Virus genome (UHGV): UHGV-0137787
Origin: a virus
DNA length: 11,125 nt
Strand: one strand, 5' to 3'
Shown: positions 1 through 5,045 of the stretch, piece after piece
Position numbering within the stretch: the first letter of the stretch is position 1
Layout of the letters: the number at the start of each line of letters is the position of its first letter
Translations under genes and position numbers: made by a program
Notes under the pieces: model-generated
Databases searched by the model: none
What the model was told of the DNA's origin: nothing
Seen by the model: the letters and a program-made list of their open reading frames with translations, nothing else

Positions 1-18
1 CGTGTGCTCTTCCGATCT
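1..18. other. Illumina adapter remnant (CGTGTGCTCTTCCGATCT) at the window start; technical artefact, not biology
   Basis: Exact match to the 3' end of the TruSeq adapter as I recall it; mirrored by the adapter start at 11112-11125. Confidence 0.8.
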
Positions 19-55
19 GCGATCGGGCTTTACTGTTACCACGGGTACAATGTTT

Positions 56-1030
56 TTATCCGTTACCGCACGACGGTTTCTGCGTGATAAACGTCCCAAG
101 CATCTTTTCCGCGATTGCCGACCAGGTGTGACACTGGACCTTTTCAGCATTTTTCACGCGATCAACGCGAGCAATAACCTCATCCCAATCAATCCGCGAC
201 TTGATAACCATATGGTTCACCAAAGCCAGGCGATCTGGCGGAAGGCAATCGGGCGGCGTTAATATCAACGCCCCACACATTGCCGCCTCAAGAACAGTTA
301 ATCCAAGGCTTTCGGGATGCGTAACGATAAAAACGTCACTCTTACGCAATTCAGCTGCAAATTCGGTTGCTGGTACCGGCGTCCGTCTGTATGGAGTTAC
401 CGAAATATTCCCCGGATCAATGGTAACCAATCCGTCATCGGTCAACGTTCTGGCCTCATACGGAACAGTCAGACGCTGAAGGTTCATAAGGATACTTAAG
501 GAGTGATCAAACCCACTAACATCAAATGCAGCGTGGTCTACAAAAATACGCAGAACATCGTCTGTTTTGGTTTCCAGATGGAACAGCTCCTGATTCGCTG
601 CCCATCCAACATGTTTGTTAAAGCGATTATGACGCTCTAACCTGCCGGGATTATCCAGGTACCGCCAGGTATCATCGCGGACAGTAAAAGTAATATCAAC
701 TGGTGCCGAATCCAGCATAGAACCGTCGTATACCTGAGCTACCCATCCAGTGAATCGACGACGCAGTTGCACACCTATTTCCCTGGGCACCGTAGTAAAA
801 TACCGCAATCCTGGCGCTAAAATGGCTTTCGCAGAACACGAGAGCGCAGCGGTCAACACAGCTTCAACATAATCCTCCGGGCTTTCGACGCCAGGGGAAT
901 ATGGACGATGGTATTGCAATGTTACCCCTGCCTCACTAAAGGCGCAGGCCAGGTTATAAGCCCACATTTCCGTATATGTTTTCACATCACTGATGGCTTC
1001 AAATTTTCGCCCAATGATCAGGATGTTCAT
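56..1030 (-). CDS. GT-B fold glycosyltransferase-like protein (GT1/GT4-like C-terminal motif), 324 aa from the preferred start
   Basis: C-terminal segment HPESLGLTVLEAAMCGALILTPP resembles the GT-B E-x7-E donor-binding motif (EGFGLxxLEAMAxGxPV). Preferred ATG at 1028-1030 is preceded by GAGGA with a 7-nt spacer and gives N-terminus MNILIIGRK. An alternative upstream ATG at 1052-1054 overlaps the ban stop (TAATG). Confidence 0.6.
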   Translation of the reverse strand: MNILIIGRKFEAISDVKTYTEMWAYNLACAFSEAGVTLQYHRPYSPGVESPEDYVEAVLTAALSCSAKAILAPGLRYFTTVPREIGVQLRRRFTGWVAQVYDGSMLDSAPVDITFTVRDDTWRYLDNPGRLERHNRFNKHVGWAANQELFHLETKTDDVLRIFVDHAAFDVSGFDHSLSILMNLQRLTVPYEARTLTDDGLVTIDPGNISVTPYRRTPVPATEFAAELRKSDVFIVTHPESLGLTVLEAAMCGALILTPPDCLPPDRLALVNHMVIKSRIDWDEVIARVDRVKNAEKVQCHTWSAIAEKMLGTFITQKPSCGNG

Positions 1031-1053
1031 CGGCTTTTCCTCGTTCCATTGCA

Positions 1054-2418
1054 TTAATAATCCTCTTGCCAGTCAGCACCAGCATAGTTATCAAATCGTG
1101 AATACTGGCCGTTAAAAGCCAATCTCACCGTGCCAATTGGGCCATTTCGTTGCTTACCAATAATCACCTCGGCAATGCCCTTCATTTCGCTATCCGGGTG
1201 ATAAACCTCGTCGCGATACAGAAACATGATCAGGTCTGCGTCCTGTTCAATTGCTCCTGATTCGCGCAAATCTGAATTTACCGGTCGTTTGTCCGCACGC
1301 TGTTCAAGCGATCGATTAAGTTGTGACAATGCCACCACCGGTACTTGTAATTCCTTCGCTAACGCCTTCAGTGAGCGAGAAATCTCGGCAATTTCCAGCG
1401 TTCGGTTATCTTGCAGCTCGGGGACACGCATAAGTTGCAGGTAGTCGATCATAATCATGCTCAATCCACCATTTTCTTTATAAACACGACGAGCGCGGGA
1501 ACGTAGCTCTGTAGGCGTCAGGGCGCTTGAGTCATCAATAAAAATATTCTGCTTGTCCAACAGAATCCCCATTGCGCCAGAAACACGCGCCCAATCCTCG
1601 TCGTTAAGTTGCCCCGTTCTAATACGAGTCTGATCAACGCGTGCAAGAGAGGCCAGTGAGCGCATCACCAGCTGGTGGCTCGGCATCTCAAGGCTAAAAA
1701 CCAATACGGGCTTATCGCTACGGACTGCGGCATTTTCGACAAGATTCATCGCAAATGTGGTCTTCCCCATAGACGGGCGGGCGGCGACAATAATGAGATC
1801 GGACGGCTGAAGCCCAGCCGTCTTCTTATTGAGATCGGTAAACCCGGTATCAATCCCCGTTACACCATCATGCGGTCGCTGAAACAACTCTTCGATGCGA
1901 GATACCGTCGCATCAAGAACGCTGGCGATGTCTTTTGGTCCACTCCCGCTCTTTTGTCGTTTTTCAGCTATTTCAAAAACGCGGCGCTCGGCCATATCCA
2001 GCAATTCATTGCTGCCCCGGCCATCCTGCGCATATCCAGCTTCGGCTATTTCATTTGCGACGGAAATCATTTCGCGAACAACCGCGCGTTCACGAACGAT
2101 ATCCGCATAAGCACAAATATTTGCCGCGCTGGGCGTGTTCTTTGACATCTCCGCAAGGTACGCAAAACCACCTGCACGTTCTAATTTACCGTTCTGTTCA
2201 AGTGCTTCAGCAAGCGTTATCAAATCAATCGGTTTGCCATGACTTAATAACCTCTCCATCTCACTGAAAATTTCACGATGAGCACTGGTATAAAAATCAT
2301 CAGCGACTACACGATCTGCAACTTCATCCCAGCGGTAGTTATCAAGCATTAAGCCACCAAGTACAGCTTGTTCTGCACTAAGTGAATTTGGCATGGATTC
2401 AAGAGGGGATGCAGACAT
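1054..2418 (-). CDS. ban: Replicative DNA helicase of the DnaB family, phage-borne analogue (P1 Ban-like), 454 aa
   Basis: Collinear with E. coli DnaB as I recall it across the whole length (Walker A PSMGKTTFAMN, plus IDYLQLM, RPVNSDLRESGAIEQDADLIMF, GKQRNGPIGTVRL) but with many substitutions. ATG at 2416-2418 is preceded by GGAGGA with a 6-nt spacer; the six-frame ORF starts two codons further up at a GTG. Symbol given from family plus P1-like context. Confidence 0.9.
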   Translation of the reverse strand: MSASPLESMPNSLSAEQAVLGGLMLDNYRWDEVADRVVADDFYTSAHREIFSEMERLLSHGKPIDLITLAEALEQNGKLERAGGFAYLAEMSKNTPSAANICAYADIVRERAVVREMISVANEIAEAGYAQDGRGSNELLDMAERRVFEIAEKRQKSGSGPKDIASVLDATVSRIEELFQRPHDGVTGIDTGFTDLNKKTAGLQPSDLIIVAARPSMGKTTFAMNLVENAAVRSDKPVLVFSLEMPSHQLVMRSLASLARVDQTRIRTGQLNDEDWARVSGAMGILLDKQNIFIDDSSALTPTELRSRARRVYKENGGLSMIMIDYLQLMRVPELQDNRTLEIAEISRSLKALAKELQVPVVALSQLNRSLEQRADKRPVNSDLRESGAIEQDADLIMFLYRDEVYHPDSEMKGIAEVIIGKQRNGPIGTVRLAFNGQYSRFDNYAGADWQEDY

Positions 2419-2698
2419 TAGCACTCCTCCAAGGCGTGCTGAATGTCAGATATAATCGGCATACTCAAATCACTCCTAACGATATGAGTCATCACCAGAA
2501 AATCAGGATTAATTCGCCGGACTCTTCCCGGCTGTCACACCGAATCGCCAGGATGGTGAATCCGCAGTCCGACGCTATGAACGGGGCTTGCACATTCCGG
2601 CTACCTGGTTCGTTGCCTGAGCTAGGGGCAAGGTTCCCCCTTTAACGTCACCAGACCGCTAACGACGCATGTGCCAGACGCCGTGTTACAACCAAATG

Positions 2699-2774
2699 TG
2701 GTGGCCCCTACCGGACTTGAACCGGTGACCGTGCGATTATGAGTCGCCAGCTCTAACCACTGAGCTAAAGGGCC
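2699..2774 (-). tRNA. tRNA with CAU anticodon, closest to tRNA-Ile2 (lysidine type, ileX-like); an elongator Met identity is not excluded
   Basis: Hand-folded cloverleaf: acceptor GGCCCTT/AGGGGCC, D-arm GCTC-AGTGGTTA-GAGC, anticodon loop CTCATAA, T-arm ACCGG-TTCAAGT-CCGGT, encoded CCA. Starts 3 nt after the upstream ORF stop. Confidence 0.85.
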
Positions 2775-2777
2775 GGA

Positions 2778-2885
2778 TTACTGTTTACTAAGTGCTTCAA
2801 TGGCGCTAACAATGCCGCCTACAACTATGGCAACAATGATAATGAGAACAATTGGATACTTGTCAGCAAAATCCCAGAAGCCCAT
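2778..2885 (-). CDS. Mini membrane protein, 35 aa (MGFWDFADKYPIVLIIIVAIVVGGIVSAIEALSKQ), TciC-like position
   Basis: Found by manual translation (below the six-frame cutoff). Its ATG overlaps the stop of the upstream ORF (TGATG); single predicted transmembrane helix. Confidence 0.4.
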   Translation of the reverse strand: MGFWDFADKYPIVLIIIVAIVVGGIVSAIEALSKQ

Positions 2886-3049
2886 CACTGATCCTTCGAA
2901 GCTGTTTTAAATATCGGCCATACCAATGTTACAGCTACTGCTACCAACGCACCGTCGGATAAAACCGACAGGACTGTGCTGGTGAAATCCACCAGCACAG
3001 ATAGCACGAGAAAAACCAAAGCCAGAATTAGACGTGCTTTTATAACCAT
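2885..3049 (-). CDS. Mini membrane protein, 54 aa (MVIKARLILALVFLVLSVLVDFTSTVLSVLSDGALVAVAVTLVWPIFKTASKDQ), TciB-like position
   Basis: Found by manual translation. Its ATG overlaps the TGA stop of the TerB-like gene (TGATG); strongly hydrophobic, probably two transmembrane segments. Confidence 0.45.
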   Translation of the reverse strand: MVIKARLILALVFLVLSVLVDFTSTVLSVLSDGALVAVAVTLVWPIFKTASKDQ

Positions 3050-3474
3050 CAGATATACTGTTCCAGTGGCAATTGAAGAGCCTGGGCAATTTTCTTCAAT
3101 TGCTCCTGCTCTTCTGCCCCAATGCCATCCTGGTCAGCAATATCAATGCATAGGCACAGAACATCTACCGCATCATTAGTCCCGGACACATCAGCCAGCT
3201 CACGTAAAGCCTGGGCATTAGCTCGGCGCGGCGAGGCTTCATATTGAGCGCGAATATTGGCGCTCATCTGGGCAATTTCACCGGAGAACGGCGCAAAGGC
3301 AGGAAGTGCTGCAATGGTTTTTTCCAATACTGCAATTTCTTTCGCATCGCAGGTGCCGTCAGAGTATGCAATGGAATATGCGCCCCAGACGGTCGCTTCC
3401 ACCGCATCACGGTTTTCCATCTTCTTGACTCCGCCAGCCGCTTTGCGGAATTTCTTTTTGAGAATGCCGAGCAT
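3049..3474 (-). CDS. tciA: TerB-like tellurite-resistance family protein (P1 TciA-like), 141 aa
   Basis: Size and composition consistent with the TerB family; RBS GAGG 7 nt before the ATG. Symbol is tentative and rests on context (adjacent to ban and the tRNAs, as recalled for P1). Confidence 0.7.
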   Translation of the reverse strand: MLGILKKKFRKAAGGVKKMENRDAVEATVWGAYSIAYSDGTCDAKEIAVLEKTIAALPAFAPFSGEIAQMSANIRAQYEASPRRANAQALRELADVSGTNDAVDVLCLCIDIADQDGIGAEEQEQLKKIAQALQLPLEQYI

Positions 3475-3616
3475 TTATTAACCTCATTACTGGTTGGGAA
3501 ATAAGGTTGCGGTGCCGGGTGCCTCCCGGTGTCCTTTGGCTGGTTATCTACCGTGGACGGGGAAACAAGGAGAAATGAATGGACTGATATAACCATTTCC
3601 CCGCGTGCGCTTAGCC

Positions 3617-3693
3617 GCATTCACCGCAACGGAAAGAGCATTCTTGGTGGACCTGTAGATTGGGATATGAACCCGTTACAGGAGAATGCTCTT
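3617..3693. repeat. Hairpin module A: GCATTCACC lead, 11-bp perfect inverted repeat (3634-3644 / 3683-3693) enclosing the conserved motif GTAGATTGGGATATGAACCCGTTAC (3655-3679)
   Basis: Direct inspection; paralogous to module B. Confidence 0.55.
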
Positions 3694-3877
3694 ACCTGTT
3701 GCGTACTCCGTTTCATGGAGCTAACGGCGGGGGATCAGACCGCACCAGACTGGACTTATTTCAGCGTTATGCTCATGCCAGAGAATCAAACTGTGATGGT
3801 CGGTGCTGAACTCCGACACAGGGTTGTAGCAAGCCCCGCAAAGCGCGCACTACTGTAGTTGCGGCACATCAGCCTGT

Positions 3878-3977
3878 GCATTCACCACAATGTTGAGAAC
3901 ACTGGTTGTCACGCTGCAACGCAACATTTATTCGTAGATTGGGATATGACCCCGTTACGCCAGTGTTCTCAACGTTG
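3878..3977. repeat. Hairpin module B: GCATTCACC lead, 18-bp inverted repeat (3888-3905 / 3960-3977, one G-U-compatible mismatch) enclosing GTAGATTGGGATATGACCCCGTTAC (3934-3958)
   Basis: Direct inspection. Loop motif is 24/25 identical to module A, while the stem arms have a different sequence but still pair. Confidence 0.55.
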
Positions 3978-4124
3978 TAGTGCCGGTTACGGTTCCGGCC
4001 AGGCCTCTTCCTCAACGGGGTGTTCTCCATACGGACTACCGTTTATTGGTCGTTCCTGCGGTTTATGTTGTGAAGCCAGATGCTTATCTTCTGGTTGCTT
4101 CTAAGAGCTGCACTTCATCACAAC

Positions 4125-4198
4125 GGTAAGGGTACTTCGTAGGGATTCGAACCCTCTGCCAAGCACAGCGATCTCCGACGTCGCAAAATACCCTTACC
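4125..4198 (-). pseudogene. tRNA-like remnant or non-canonical tRNA-like element bounded by a 10-bp terminal inverted repeat
   Basis: Contains a canonical T-arm (AGGG-TTCGAAT-CCCT) and a D-arm-like hairpin (GCGA-CGTCGGAGA-TCGC), but I could not fold a canonical cloverleaf; ends are GGTAAGGGTA / TACCCTTACC. Sits 8 nt downstream of tRNA-Thr. Confidence 0.3.
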
Positions 4199-4206
4199 TG
4201 TTGTGT

Positions 4207-4282
4207 TGGTGCCGGTTAACGGACTCGAACCGCTGACATCCTGCTTACAAGGCAGGCGTTCTACCAACTGAGCTAAACCGGC
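4207..4282 (-). tRNA. tRNA-Thr (anticodon UGU)
   Basis: Hand-folded: acceptor GCCGGTT/AACCGGC, anticodon stem CCTGC/GCAGG with loop CTTGTAA, T-loop TTCGAGT, encoded CCA; one C-A mismatch in the D-stem. Confidence 0.85.
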
Positions 4283-4284
4283 AT

Positions 4285-4360
4285 TGGCGATGGAGGATGG
4301 ATTTGAACCATCGACCCGTTGATTAACAGTCAACCGCTCTAACCGCTGAGCTACACCATC
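4285..4360 (-). tRNA. tRNA-Asn (anticodon GUU)
   Basis: Hand-folded: D-arm GCTC-AGCGGTTA-GAGC, anticodon stem GTTGA/TCAAC with loop CTGTTAA, T-arm GATGG-TTCAAAT-CCATC, encoded CCA; one mismatch in the acceptor stem. Only 2 nt separate it from tRNA-Thr. Confidence 0.85.
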
Positions 4361-4825
4361 ACTTGCCGGGTACGTCTCCGGCGAGGGCTTCCACCTCCGT
4401 ATGCTTTTCGGCGCCCGCGCCCTGGCTGAAATTCGGTAACAGGGGATGCATAACCCTGGCTTCCAGCGTGATTAGCGCCTTCAGCATGACGGGATATACC
4501 CGTTACAAGAAATTATCCCAGGATGCCATTAAGCAATGGCTGTTACGCTGAATGAAAAAGGACGTAACAGGTAAGGACGCTGACCAAAGAGATGGCCCCT
4601 TCTCGCTCATCTGGTTAATCGAACCAGCGCCCTTGCCTGTTATGCCTCCCCGTTCCCTAATACACAGACGGGGACACTCTGCGGTCGATTTTTTGACGGG
4701 GGACGACTCATACCCCGTGGCGTCAGGCTTCTTAGGCCGCTACCATCATCAGATCATCGTTTGCATTTACTTTAATGGTCAGTTTATAAACCGCCGCAAA
4801 GTCGCTAACCATGACGAAAACCCTG

Positions 4826-4850
4826 AAAAAACGCCCACCCGAAGATGGGC
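4826..4850 (-). terminator. Intrinsic (Rho-independent) terminator on the minus strand
   Basis: Minus strand reads GCCCAUC-UUCG-GGUGGGC followed by G and six U: a 7-bp GC-rich stem with a UUCG tetraloop. The plus strand has no T-run, so it is unidirectional. Confidence 0.65.
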
Positions 4851-5017
4851 AAACTGGATGAACAGATCGTTAGGCATTTCGGTGTCGCCACTTAGGTGCA
4901 TGGTCAACCTGGCAACTCGGTGGCCATGTGGGCGGAGTAACCCAGCCATGCTTACCGCCGCGCCTATCGCGGGTAATAACTCAATCCGCTTTATAAATCC
5001 CGTTTCATTGAAACAAT

Positions 5018-5045
5018 ATTACTCTAATAAATTTATTAGAGCAAT
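5018..5045. promoter_or_regulatory. Palindromic pair of overlapping P1 C1-repressor operator-like 17-mers
   Basis: Minus-strand site at 5029-5045 reads ATTGCTCTAATAAATTT, 17/17 against the C1 operator consensus as I recall it; plus-strand site at 5018-5034 reads ATTACTCTAATAAATTT (16/17). Together they form the perfect palindrome CTCTAATAAATTTATTAGAG, which overlaps the dmt stop codon. Confidence 0.6.

Noticed and set aside
1226-2267. Several plus-strand ORFs inside ban (1226-1444, 1675-2145, 1895-2110, 1935-2267)
   Set aside because: Antisense to a gene with strong family-level similarity over its whole length; typical shadow ORFs.
2616-2629. Segment in the ban leader whose minus strand (GCCCCTAGCTCAGG) resembles a tRNA 5' end
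   Set aside because: Only about 14 nt of resemblance and no downstream D, anticodon or T arms; too short to call, possibly a relic of a tRNA duplication.
3567-3595. Strong AAGGAG followed by ATG on the plus strand
   Set aside because: The ATGs at 3575 and 3579 open frames that reach a stop within a few codons, and SD-to-ATG spacing is only 2 nt for the first. It may be incidental, since the same bases are upstream leader on the minus strand.
3264-3620. Minus-strand ORF of 118 aa
   Set aside because: Out-of-frame overlap with the well-supported TerB-like gene and no RBS; most likely a spurious frame.
4118-4333. Six-frame ORF of 71 aa on the minus strand
   Set aside because: It lies entirely across the tRNA-like remnant, tRNA-Thr and tRNA-Asn; the reading frame is an artefact of the structured RNA genes.
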